Below, piece after piece: positions 39,880 to 51,889 of a stretch of DNA of 64,000 nucleotides. The stretch is taken from contig NC_086097.1 of the NCBI RefSeq assembly GCF_963921235.1, forward strand, positions 72,170,001-72,234,000, written 5' to 3'. The notes under the pieces were generated by a model. The model did not search any database. It saw only the letters and a program-made list of their open reading frames with translations, and was not told the origin of the DNA. A program made the translations under genes and the position numbers. The first letter of the stretch is position 1, and each line of letters starts with the position of its first letter. Source of the DNA: Mobula hypostoma. Its lineage: Eukaryota.

Positions 39880-41945
39880 CATTTTTTTTAAAACGGGAGA
39901 TGAGTTTCCTCTACTGGAGCCCACCGACCGGCCATTTTATGACCAGCTCTAGCTTCACTACCTCACCTAATGGGAACTACTATACGTTGCATTTCTGAAA
40001 AAAAAATCAGATCTGAAAAAGAACTGAAATAAATATCATGATCAGATTAAATTCATACAAGCCTGTGGAGTACAGAGAATTTTTTCAGTTGTAATCGAAT
40101 GCTTAAAAAACATCCAGATCTCAATCTAGTGAGGGAAGTTTACAAACCAAAAATATCAGTTGTGCGCCTATTGAATTCCAGTTGTAGTCCCAGAATAAAG
40201 TATTGACCGCAATCTATTAAATTTTGTATGCAGTCCTATAGAGATCTGGTTGTGATCCTATAAAATGTCAGGCCCCAACGTGGACTGATTGGCAGGATTG
40301 GTTGATTGCAAGCAAATTATTTCTGAGGATGTTTCAGAATATGAGGAATGTGACAGGACCGTGCGGTTACATTATTCAGGGGTCCCAGACATAAATGAAG
40401 ATAAAAGAGGATTCTGTTGAAGTCAACTTTAATGGATGTCTTGAAACCAGATGTTGCCAAAAGGGTGAAGCTGACAAAAATGAACTGGAGAGAAGATGCT
40501 GTTTTATATAACCAGCTAGTGTGAGCCACCAAACAAGTGGAACAAGATATCAAAATCGAAATGAGATCATTACAGGTTGGTCAGTTACCAGTTAACCAAC
40601 AGCCTTGAACCACAGGTCAACAGACATTGCTTACTGGTCAACAGCCACAGCAAGCGGCTAATAACCAACAGAAGTAGCAGGACTGGAATTCACCGTGTGC
40701 CTCACAGCAATCTCAGTCTGAGTCATACTTCCAAGGCCAATCCCGTAAAGCACAGTGTCACTTACATAGTAAGCAAGGACATAGGGCTAAAAATTGTTGG
40801 CAAAAGAAAATAGAGAAACAAGCTCACCAGCAAGTTGAATCACCTACTTCGCAAACATCAGGAGATTTTAATTTAATGACACTGTTTCAACAAATTATGC
40901 TCGATGTAATGGTAGCTTTTATATTAATTTGTTGATTGGAAATCAATGTGCTGAATTCTTATTGGATACAGGAGCTGAGCTAACATGTATAACATAATCT
41001 ATTGGCCAAAGGTACAAAACAGCATTAACTAATGTCCATAAATATGCATGTGTGCAGGAGGACCGAGAATTTCATGAATCAAAAGCGAACCAGTCGAGGT
41101 GCAACTTGGTCCTCATCTACAAGAAATACAATTCTGGGTAGGAGATGGCTTGCAACCTGAAACTCTATCCTTGAGCTTGTGGAGGGTAAAGTCTTTTGGA
41201 ATCTTATTCAGTTAACCAAATCTGAATTAAGCAAACATCCCATGTGGTCGAAAAAAAAAACGACTGTGGCCTGCTTGAAATGAATCCTGTTAAGTTTACT
41301 GGTAAGATGCCACCTTGTACTAAGCAGTATTGTCTGAGAAGAACATCTACATAGAGTATTTTACCCATTGTCAACAAGCTGGAGGAGCGCAAAATTCCTG
41401 TCAAAACTCTTAGCATGTTGACCAGTCTAGTCTGGTCTGTTAAGAAGGCATATGGTACCTGGTGCCTGACACTGGATTATCAGGTTGCTAATCAATGTAT
41501 TGACAAGCTAACCCCTATCGTAGTAGATCAATCAATTATTTCCAATGCCCTGAAGCTATCACGCAAATAGTTTCATTATTGATTGATTCTGGTCCATACT
41601 ACTGGCGCCTGATTGTCAATCATGGCTGGCTTTCACATTTGACCAGTGGACAAGGCTACCACAAGGGCTCAACAACAGTCCCACTGTCTACTGCATGGCT
41701 TTGGAACATCTCAGGGACTTATCAGCCATTGATTCGACTGTTATACAATATGTGGATGACGTCCTGATTCCTGACCAGTACGGACACTATATGCTTTATT
41801 TGCCCAATTATCTATCCTCCAGTGGTCACAAAGCAAATCTACACAAGGCACAATTACAATAAGAAAAAATAATTTACATAGGACAGAAAGTTTCCCAAGG
41901 CAATTGGGAAATCACAGAAGATCATGTGAAGACCATTAAGTTTAA
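39880..41945 (+). mobile_element. Decayed retrovirus-like (ERV) pro-pol; upstream part possibly gag; 5' boundary uncertain
   Basis: AEFLLDTGAELTCI (DTG 40965-40973); DCGLL..KQYCL..SLVWSVKKAYGTWCLTLDYQVAN; VIQYVDDVLI (YVDD 41749-41760); GHKANLHKAQL. Confidence 0.75.
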
Positions 41946-41949
41946 GACT

Positions 41950-42075
41950 CTCAGGGAGCAGAAGTGAGTGCAGTTGCTACTAGTAAAGAGAATGTGCTTG
42001 GGAAACTGGAAAGTGAGAAGGTAGGCAAGTCACCTGGACCAGATGGACTCTGCCCCAAGGTTCGAGCAGAGTTGA
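41950..42075 (+). mobile_element. Small CR1 ORF2 fragment truncating the ERV
   Basis: ENVLGKL..KVGKSPGPDGLCP. Confidence 0.7.
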
Positions 42076-43611
42076 GAGCTATTGCACACTATGGTTTACT
42101 CTAATATTATTTGTTGTTATATCTTTGCCAATATTCCCTACTCACAATAAGTGATAATATTTGTCCCAATATGCTTTATCATAATTTACATTTTTACTTG
42201 TAAAAAAGAATTAATGACAATCATTAATAGAGTAGTTCAAACACACATAAGTGTGCCAACTAATCTACCTAACAATAACATAATAAATGCCCTTTGATAT
42301 TTCCATGCTTAGGTATTTTTTGTCTATTTCATACCTGATGTGGACACCACGAGTTTTCCTGCTTCTGCATTTTCAGATGTCATCATTTTAAATTTGTGAT
42401 TTAGAACCAAAGAGGGGAACATTGAATTAGACTGTATAATTGTTACTTATTTGCAGTTTATCTTTCTTATGACTGCTTGTATTTTTATATAATTACCTAA
42501 GCACCTCAATAGAAAGCATACCACACTAGATACTGCTAATGGGGGTGATCTACCAGGGAGGAGCCACAGAAGCCAGGTCTCTGAGACTGAGTCTGGCGCT
42601 GTGGTTCAGAAGAGAGCCAAGGTAAAGATGACTGCAGTGCTGATAGGAGATTCCATAGTTAGGGGAACAGAGGAGTTTCTGTAGGTGTGATAGAGACACT
42701 CGGATGGTATGTTGCTCCCCAGGTGCCAGGGTCAGTGATGTCTCGGATCAGGTCCACAGAACTCTAAATGGGGAGGGTGAGCAGGCAGAAGTCTTGGTAC
42801 ATATTGGCACCAATGACAAGGGTAGGAAAGGTGAGGAGCTCCTGAAGAGAGATTTTAGGGAGCTAGGTAGAAAGCTGAAAAACAGGACCTCCAGGGTAGT
42901 ATTCTCTTGATTGCTGCCTGTACCGTGCACTACACATCAGTGAGGGTAAAAATAAGAACATTTGGCAGATAAATGCATGGCTAGGGAATTGGTGCAGGGG
43001 GCACAGTTTCAGGTTCCTGGATCATTGGGATCTCTTCTGGGGAAAGTACGACCTATACAATAGGGACAGATTGCACCTGAACCCAAGCGGGACCGATATC
43101 CTTGTGGGCAGGTTTGCTAGAGCCATTCAGGAGGATTTACACTAATTTGTCAAGTGGATGGGAAATGGAGTGATAGTGCTGAGGATGAAGTAGTTGGTTT
43201 ACAAACAAAGATCCTGCATAGTGATACTGCTAGCAAGGAGAGGCTGACGACAGGGCGAAATTCCAGTCAACAGGATGAGTTGCGACGTAAAAGGGGGACA
43301 AAATCGAAAAGGGTGATGAATACAGGACTGAAGGTGTTATATTTGAATGCACCCGGTATACAGAATAAGGTAGATAAATCTAGCACAGCTTCAGATGTTG
43401 TGGGCATCACTGAATAATGGCTGAAAGTAGATTATAGCTGGGGACTTATTGTCCAAAAATACATGTTGTATTGAAAAGAGTGGCAGGTAGACTACGGAGG
43501 CGGGGTGGTTCTGCTAGTAAAAAATTAAATCAAATCATTGGAAAAAGGTGATCGGAAGGCGTGGAATTGTTCTGAGTAGAGCTAAGAAGCTGACAAGGGT
43601 AAACAGACCCT

Positions 43612-43708
43612 GGCAACACACATCAAAGTTGCTGGTGAATGCAGCAGGCCAGGCAGCACCTCTAGGAAGAGGTACAGTCGACGTTTCAGGCCGAGACCCT
43701 TCGTCAGG
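43612..43708 (-). mobile_element. ~97-bp Penelope tail with intact hammerhead core
   Basis: Minus strand CCTGACGAAGGGTCTCGGCCTGAAACGTCGACTG; near-identical to 51145-51240. Confidence 0.88.
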
Positions 43709-44814
43709 GTTGTCCAAAACGTAAAGTGTAAAGGAGAGGTGAGAGTGGAGATCAGACCACTGAAAAGCGATGCTGGAGAGGTAGTAATGGAGGAAAAGGA
43801 AATGGCGGATGAAATGAATAAGTATTTTGCATCAGTCTTCACAATAGAAGACACAAGCAGTATTCCAGAAGTTCAAAAATGTCTGAGAGTGTGTGAAGTT
43901 TCCATTACTCAGGAGAAGGTGCTTGGGAAGCTATAAAGTCTGAAGGTAGATAAATCACCTGGACTAGGTGGTCTTTTCCCAGTATTGTGAAAGCATAGCT
44001 GAAGAGATTGGGAAGGCATTCTTTAAAGAATTAATGGATTCTGGCATGGTTCTGGAGGTCTGGAAAATTGCAAATTTCACTCTACTCTTCAAGAAGGGAG
44101 AGAGGCAGAAGAAAGGAAATTATCATCCAGTTGTTTGACCTCAGTGGTAGGGAAGATGTTGGAGTTGATTGTTAAGGATGGGGTTTCAGGGTACTGGGAG
44201 GCACATGATAAAATAGGTCATAGTCAGCACGGTTTCCTTAAGGGAAAGTCTTGCCTGACAAATTTGTTGAAGAAATAACAAGCAGGATAGACAAAGAAGA
44301 ATTGGTTGATGTTCTGAACTTGGCCTTTGACAAGGTACTACACATAAGGCTGCTTAACATGTTAAGAGCTCATGGTATTACAGGAAAGGTACTAGCATGA
44401 TTAGAACATTGGCTGATTGGCAGGAGGCAAAGAGTGGAAATAAAGGGGGATTTTTCTGGTTGGCCGTCAGTGACTAGTGGTTTTGCACAGGGGTCTGTTT
44501 TGGGAAGATAGGTGAAGGGGCGGGTAGTTTTGAGGAAGCTCAGAGACTACATAAGGACTTAGACAGATAAAGAGAATAGACAAAGAAGTGGCAGATGGAA
44601 TACAGTGTCGGCAAGTGAATGTTCATGCACTTTGGTAGAAGAAACTTAAGTATAGACTATTTTCTTAGTTGCAAGAAATTTCAAAAATCTGAGGTTGGGA
44701 GCTGGGAAGTTGGGAGTCCATATTCAGGATTCACTGACGGTTGATTTGCACGTTGAGTTGGTAGTGAGGAAGGCAATTGCAATGTTAGCATTCATTTGAG
44801 AGGACTAAAATATA

Positions 44815-46100
44815 GTTTTATAAGATAAGAAAAAAACTTTCTTCACCCTGAGGGAAATTATTGTTGCAAGGTTGCTCTATGTACTTTAAAATACAAAATG
44901 TAACCATAGAGGTACGAAAAGGATACAACATGTGCATTAAAAAGTAATAGTGCAAAATACAGAGGTGCAATGAAACCATTACTTACTAACTTGAGGAAGA
45001 GTAGTTGTAGAGTCTTATAGCCACAGTGAGAAAGGATCTCCTGTGGTGTTCAGTGGTGCACTTTGGTGGAATCAGTCTATTACTAAAGGTGCTCCTCTGT
45101 TTGCCCCGTATGTCATCAAGGGGGTGAGAGGAATTTTCCATTATGTTCTGTACCTTCTGCCGCATCCTCCTCTCAGACACAACCACCAGGGAATCCAGAT
45201 CTAGCCCCCAGAACAGAACGAGCCTTCCTGATAAGCTTATCAATCTTCTTGGCATTATCTGCTCCCACCCTGCTGCCCAGCAGACTTCAGCATAACGTAG
45301 AATGCTGGCCGCCACTGAGTCGTAGAATATCTGCATCCTAGTACTGCAGATGTTGAATGACTGGAGCCTCCTCAGGAATTACGGTTGGCCCTGTCCCTTC
45401 TTGTACAGAGCCCCTGAATTTTTAGTCCAGTCCAGTTTATTATCCAGGGGAGCTCCCAAGTACTTGTAATACCGGATGACTTTCACATCCATTTTCTTGA
45501 TGGAGATGGGAATACAAGGTGTTTTCACCTTCCTGAAGTCCACCACCAGCTCCTTTGTCTTAGTGATGTTGAGCTGCAGGTGATTCAGCCCACACCACTC
45601 AACCAAGTTGTCCACCACTCTTCTGTACTCAGCCCCTTGACCCCAGCTGATACAGCCCACAACTGCCAAATCATCCAAAAATTTCTGTATATGGCAGGAG
45701 TCCAAATTGTATCTGAAGTCCGAGGTATAGACGGTGAACAAGAAGGGGGACTGGACAGTCCCCTGAGATGCCCCTGTGCTGCTAACCACAGTATCTGATA
45801 CACAGTTCTGCAATCTCACATACTGTGGCTGTCGGGACAGGTAGACTGTAATCCAGGACACTTGTGGAGCATCCACCTGCATCTCTGTGAGTGTACTCCC
45901 TAGCAAAGCAGGATGTTTGGTGTTAAAAGCACTGGAGAAATCAAAAACATGATTCTCACAATGCTGCCTGGCTCATCCAGATGGGTGTAAGCCCGTTGAA
46001 GCAGGAAGATAATGGCAACCTCAACCCCAATAGGTAGTTGGTAAGCAAGCTGCAGGGGGTCCAGTGATGGATTTATGATGGTCTGGAAGTACGTCAGGAC
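44815..46100 (-). mobile_element. Rex1/Babar-like LINE 3' part nested in CR1
   Basis: LDPLQLAYQ..RIMF; STGASQGTVQSPFLFTVYTSD..QKFLDD..LNITKTKELVVDFRK..YKYLG; RRSFLTVAIRLYN. Confidence 0.92.
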
Positions 46101-46936
46101 CTTGTAAGGCACTGGTGAAACCTCACTTGGAGTATTGTGAGCACTTCTGGGCCCCTTATCTAGGAAAAGATGAGATGATGTTGGAGAAGGTTCAGAAGAG
46201 GTTCATGAGAATGATTATGGGAATGAAAGGCATATCATATGATGAGCAATTAATCGCTCTGGGCCTTTACTCATTGAAATTTAGAAGAATGAAGAGGATC
46301 TCTCTGAAACCCATCAAATGTTGAGAGGCTTCGATAGATTGGGTGTGGAGAGGATGTTCCTTATTGGGGGGGGGAATATAAGACCAGAGGACACACCATC
46401 AGAATAGAGAAATGTTTATCTAGAATAGATGTGAGGTGTAATTTTGTTAGGCAGAGAGTGGTGAATCTGTGGAATTCATTGCCACAGACTGTTATGGAAG
46501 CCAAGCAATTGGGTATATTTAAAGCAGAGCTTGATAGATTGTTGATTAGTCAGAGCATGAAGTGGTATGGGGAGAAGGCAAGACACTGGGCTGAAAGGGA
46601 AATGGTTCAGCTATGATGAAATGCAAAGCAGACTCGTTGGGCTAAATGACCTAATTCTGCTCCTATATATTATGGTCTTATATACAAGAGTGCAGTATGT
46701 TTCCTTGTGGTCACAGTATGCATATGCAATTGTTCAGAGTGCCCCCTAATGGTTGCCGTATTTTGTATTATTCTGGAAGCTTCTTGGGTACCGCATTTTC
46801 TGAATAAGGACTATCTGATTGATCAACTTCTATCTACAAATTTGAATGGAATATCTGTTATCTATGGAATAAGAAGAACAGAGCAGAAAAGACTTTCCAT
46901 ATTTTCTTCTCTTTGTCCTTCCCTGTGAACACTACT

Positions 46937-48238
46937 TGGCATGGTCCAGTCCGTAATGTCCGCATTCCGGTTCACGGTCCGGTCCGTGGACTCAGGACTC
47001 CGAGTCTTTCAGCTGTCCCTTGTTTTGGTTGAGTTAATCATAGGCACCTGATTCCTATCTTGGTGCTTGGAATACAAGTAGCCTTGGGGACGACTGTGGG
47101 CTGCTGATTTGTCTTGTCAGTTCCCCTGGGAGCAACCTGCCGGTGGAAGGCTACAGCAGCATCTTGCCATTTTTAGGTCGCGTTAGAGAACCATCGCTTC
47201 ATGGAGCCTGCTGTCGGTAGTCGGAGTGATCATTGCGGTATGGATTCGGCTGTTTCCTGGGTCAGCTGAGTGGCTGCCAGCCACTCCAAGCTAGGTAAGG
47301 ATCTGGCTGTTTCTGTAGCCAGCTAAAGTTTCTGGCCGAACTGCGACTCGGAGCAACCCCATTGCAGAGATGGAACTGTCTGTCGTTCTTTGGTGTTTGT
47401 CTCTTCTTGTCCTCACCTCTGTGGGGTAAGTCAGACCGTTCTGCTGTTGCCCTGCAAGGGGGATCTGTCTTGTCTTGTCTTTGCCTCTGTGGGGTAAGTC
47501 ATGCCATTCTGCCGTTGCCCTGCAAGGGGGATCTGTCTTGTCTTGTCTTTGCCTCTGTTGAGTAAGTCTGGCCGTTCTGCCGTTACCTGACGGATGGACC
47601 TGTCCCATTTTGGTGTGGGGATAAAGTTGAGCCCCGGCTTATCTAAGGATAAGTCTTGGCTCTATGTCTATCTTCTGTCCAGTCTCATGTTGGTGTCATG
47701 TTAAAGATGAGTCCCAACTTTTCGAAGGATTAGTCCCGGCTCTATATTGATGTACAGTTCCCAGTCTGTCTCCGAGTTCCAGCCTCCAAGTTATCAGCCT
47801 CTGCATCTCAAGACCCAAGACCCCAGTCTGTCTCCAAGCTCGAGCCTCAAGACCAAGACCCCAGCCTCAAGTCCAAGACTCCAGCCTCAAGCCTCAAGAC
47901 CAAGACCCCAGCCTGCAGCCCCAAGCCTCTAGACCCCAGCCACAATCTGTCCTGTAGCCATGTCATGTCCTTGCCTGGTTTTGGGGCCTGAGCCTGAGGC
48001 AAGACCCAGGTTCTGGGTCCTTGTCCAGTCTCTGGCTTGGACCCCAAGCCCAGGCTCCTAGTGCATAGTTCCTTGTCTGGGTTCCCTGTCTTGTCCATGT
48101 CCTAGCCCAAGTCTGCATTCTTGTCCCTGCTCCTTGTCTGTATCCTATCATGTCCCTACTCTAGTCAAGTCCTGTTCCTAGAACTTCAGTGTCTGTGTCT
48201 TGCATTTGGGTCCGCCATCAACGCCCCCCATTGTGACA
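46937..48238 (+). mobile_element. Solo LTR, Gypsy/Sushi-like, 1302 bp
   Basis: TGGCATGGTCC...TGTGACA; TSD CTACT/CTATT; 3' end GTCTGTGTCTTGCATTTGGGT resembles the 22906-22930 LTR end; internal 68-bp x3 and CCAGCCTCAAG repeats. Confidence 0.85.
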
Positions 48239-48902
48239 CTATTAGATTCTTGCTACTCTCCAATTCCAATTTCTTTGGTCTTTTAGAACTTAATAAACCA
48301 ATCATGAAGCAATAAGTCTTATGCTTCATTCTTGATTTCCAAAATAGCCTGGGATCAGAAACATCAGAATCCAAAAATATATTGTTTATAAAAACAAGGT
48401 AAGTACAACTTACAAAAGGGAATAAAGTTGGAATAGAGCAGTTTTATATCTAGAACACAAATATACAGTGTCAGTTGACAGAGTACTATTTAAATCGTAC
48501 AGCATACCATACAATATTAGACTAAAACTGTAAATTGAATGATTCAGGTCAGCCCATGTGAGAAAGTGCACTGATGTACCAAGGGCAATGAATAATTTTA
48601 CACAAAACATTCAACATAGAAAGTTCTTGATTTCTACAGGACCTCTCTGGGGACAGGTAAAGCACAAGTCAGATACTGTTGGAAAATTAGTGCCGGTATC
48701 ATCATGAGCAACTAAGCCACATTCATTGATTGTGGTAGAAGTACACACCAAATTTGTATTGCCCTCTGTTTCTAATGATTTCAGTGTACACCTACCATTA
48801 ATCATGGATGATGTATTGGCAGGTGACTGATGTAAGTGGCTTAAGGCAGCAGATGTGGAGGAAGTGAGTCTGAACTGAAGCTGACTGGGGCCAGCATCTT
48901 AC

Positions 48903-48954
48903 CGTCTGTCAAACTTCTTACTAACTGTCAGAGACCGCACTTCGCTGGCTTCAA
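48903..48954 (-). other. Candidate 52-nt internal exon of an unidentified transcript
   Basis: Acceptor CTTTCTGCTGTTGCTTTCTGCAG| and donor ACG|GTAAGA; one open frame EASEVRSLTVSKKFDR; lies in non-repetitive sequence. Confidence 0.3.
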
Positions 48955-50179
48955 CTGCAGAAAGCAACAGCAGAAAGCCCCAATACTTTGCGGGTCTACG
49001 ACCCCAGAATTTTTTTCCTCTTACAGGCAGCCAGGGCTTTCTAGGCTACCTAAGGCTAACTCACTGCTGAAACCTCTTCAGGTGTTGCCAGATACCTCTC
49101 TGTTGTGAAAACTCAGCTTGTATAGGCACTCTGGATCTGATACTGACTAACGGAGGGGTTGGGAGGGGTGTTTCGGGAAGACAGGGGGTGAGTCAAGAGA
49201 ATGAGCTGAATTCTACTCCATGCGTTCCAAACATCTCTTTGACATTCTTGAACGTGTCTTAAATAATCTAGAGGAGCCCTTTTCCATCAGCAGCTAATCT
49301 GTAAGGAAATGATAATCCCCTTAAATTTTGCTGATGTAAAAATTTTCCTGTAGCAAAATGTATCTAAGAACTAGCGAATACTGGGAGCATTGAGCTCTTA
49401 ATTGAAAGTTCAGGCGTCAATCGAGATTGGAGATGATTCACGTTGCTCTGCACCATCCCAGAGACACTCACTAAAGCCTCACTGACATTGTATCTGGTGC
49501 AAATGATACCAGTAATGCATACATGCAAAGCAGATGCCATTTTGGAGATTTGAGAACACTTGTAATACTCGAGGAATGAATACTAATGATCTATGTTTCT
49601 TATTGCATAACTTGGACAATATTTGTACACTTCCCAGTGGCCATCCAAAGAGCAGCAAAAGAAGGAATCTTAAAACATGTTGGGAAATAATGCAATTGAT
49701 TTTTGGAAGGAAATTGGTCACATGGGTGCTGGAGCAGATGCTTTGTGTGTGTGAATGTAGTGAGTGGAGCCGGTGCCAACGCAGCTGCTGCCAGCCCCAT
49801 TTATATGCTTGTGGCTGCAAGAGAATTTCACTAATCCAAACGGGGCTAATTTACATGTATCAGTCAATAATCCAAACATATTTTTGTAAACATGCACTTC
49901 CCATTTGGAGCTGTACCAGCTCAGCTTTTTCACATATATATGTAATCTATTCTGGGGAAGAAAATGTCCATAATGTTAATCCTTATCAATGAAATCGTGT
50001 TACAGAATGGAAAGTTACCAGAGTACAAGACCTTTACACTGAGGCACAGATGTGGGAACACACACAAAATGATGAGTTCCTCCAAATGATGGGTGTCGCT
50101 CTGGATTTCCAGCATCTGCAGAATCTCTTGTGTTACGGATGTGGGAATCTCACTGACTGAGGGGCATTAGAGTTGATTA

Positions 50180-50435
50180 TCAAGTCAAGTCAAGTCACTT
50201 TTTATTGTCATTTCGACCATAACTGCTGGTACAGTACACAGTAAAAATGAGACAGTGTTTTTCAGGACCATGGTGCTACATGAAACGATACAGAAACTAC
50301 ACTGAACTACGTAAAACAAGACAAAAACTACACTAGACTACAGACCTACCCAGGACTGCATAAAGTGCACAAAACAGTGCAGGCATTACAATAAATAATA
50401 AACAAGACAATAGGCAGGGTAGAGGGCAGTAGGTT
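50180..50435 (-). mobile_element. LINE 3' UTR/tail fragment (Rex/L2-like)
   Basis: (CAAGT)n tail next to TTTATT (AATAAA on the minus strand). Confidence 0.7.
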
Positions 50436-51107
50436 GGCATTCAAACACATATCAAGTGTGGTGGGGAGATTACATGGGCTTAACAGAGCCACCCAATTTT
50501 CCTCCCAAATAAAATAAACTTAGACAAGAGATTTTCTTCCATTTGATATAAAGCATTAGTAGTGATCTCTCAGGATGACAAAGGGGTCAGTCGGTTAACC
50601 AGCACATGGGTAAAATTGGGCAGCATGGGCTTGTTGGACCAAAAGGCTTATTACTGCGCTGGATTAACCAATACATGCAAATTTTAAAAATTAAAAATAA
50701 ATTTAAAAAAAATAAAAGTAATCATAGAGATAGTTTCCATATCTTCCAGCGCCCATGAATGACTGCAACCAAAATCGGTTTGTCTAGTCATTCACCATAA
50801 TTCTTTTGAGATTTTTGACCATATCCAAAATAGCTGACCTATTTCTCATCAAAGCAAGTCACTGTAAATTAATTACTTTGAGATCTTCTGCAGAGACATG
50901 ATCAAGAACCAAATAAATGCAAGTGATGTAATGATGCATAAATCTCTGTGTTTCTTTAATTAAAACTGGTTGTTCATTACTTGCCAGTGTTCTACTCACT
51001 CAGTGCATATATTAATCATTACCTCCTAGCAATCAATCCATGACAATTCTTCAATTATCATATCTACAACTCCTTTTGATACTTCTTAAGGCAAAGAGTC
51101 ATTAAGG

Positions 51108-51568
51108 TAAACACGAGGAATTCTGCAGATGCTAGAAATTCAAGCAACACACATCAAAGTTGCTGGTGAACGCAACAGGCCAGGCAGCATCTCTAGGAAG
51201 AGGTACAGTCGACGTTTTGGGCCGAGACCCTTCGTCAGGACTAACTGAAGGAAGAGCTAGTAAAAGATTTGAAAGTGGGAGGGGGAGGGGGGGACCCAAA
51301 ATGATCGGAGAAGACAGGAGGGGGAGGGATGGAGCCAAGAGCCGGTCAGATGATTGGCAAAAGGGATATGAGAGGATCATGGGACAGGAGGCCCAGGGAG
51401 AAAGAAAAAAGGGAGAGGGGAAAAAAAACCAGAGGATGGGCAAGGGGTATAGTCAGAGGGACAGAGGGAGAAAAAGGAGACAGAGAGAAAGAATGTGTGT
51501 ATATAAATAAATAACAGATGGGGTATGAGGGGGAGGTGGGGCATTAGTGGAAGTTAGAGAAGTCAATG
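51108..51568 (-). mobile_element. Penelope terminal repeat with hammerhead motif (51207-51242, G12>A)
   Basis: Minus AGTCCTGACGAAGGGTCTCGGCCCAAAACGTCGACT; highly similar to 23745-24176. Confidence 0.9.
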
Positions 51569-51889
51569 AGGTTTTCATTTTAGAAACTTAAGAGAAACAA
51601 AATATCTAAACATTACGTGTGTTGTGGTCTTCACTTTTCTTGCATTTTCACATTCAAATTGGAGCAGTTGTCCAGTGGTGCATTGCAAGCTTGTGTTGTC
51701 TCAGCTTGCTCATTTTCGTTGTTTGAAGTGGATGGATTAGACCTGAAAACAACTAATGCATATTTATATTGCACCAGTGAAGTACCAAAACAGCTGATAT
51801 TCATCCAGAAGACAATGATCAAGCAAGGGGTAAGATCAAGCCACATGAGAAAATATTTGGAACATTGAACAAGAAATAAGAATTTATGA

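Larger units (their letters stand above)
42500..46680 (+). mobile_element. CR1 LINE (ORF1 esterase through 3' tail), interrupted at 43612-43708 and 44815-46100
   Basis: VLIGDSIVRG, VLVHIGTND, LKVLYLNA..DVVGITE, MNKYFASVFT, SQHGF; resumes KALVKPHLEYCEHFWAP..RQRVVNLWNSLP. Confidence 0.9.

Noticed and set aside
46924..46936. Alternative solo-LTR start at TGTGAAC
   Set aside because: No matching TSD; the start at 46937 gives CTACT/CTATT and resembles the TGTCA family terminus
49479..49992. Overlapping 113-152-aa Cys-rich ORFs
   Set aside because: No recognisable domain or splice structure; ORFs on both strands suggest chance
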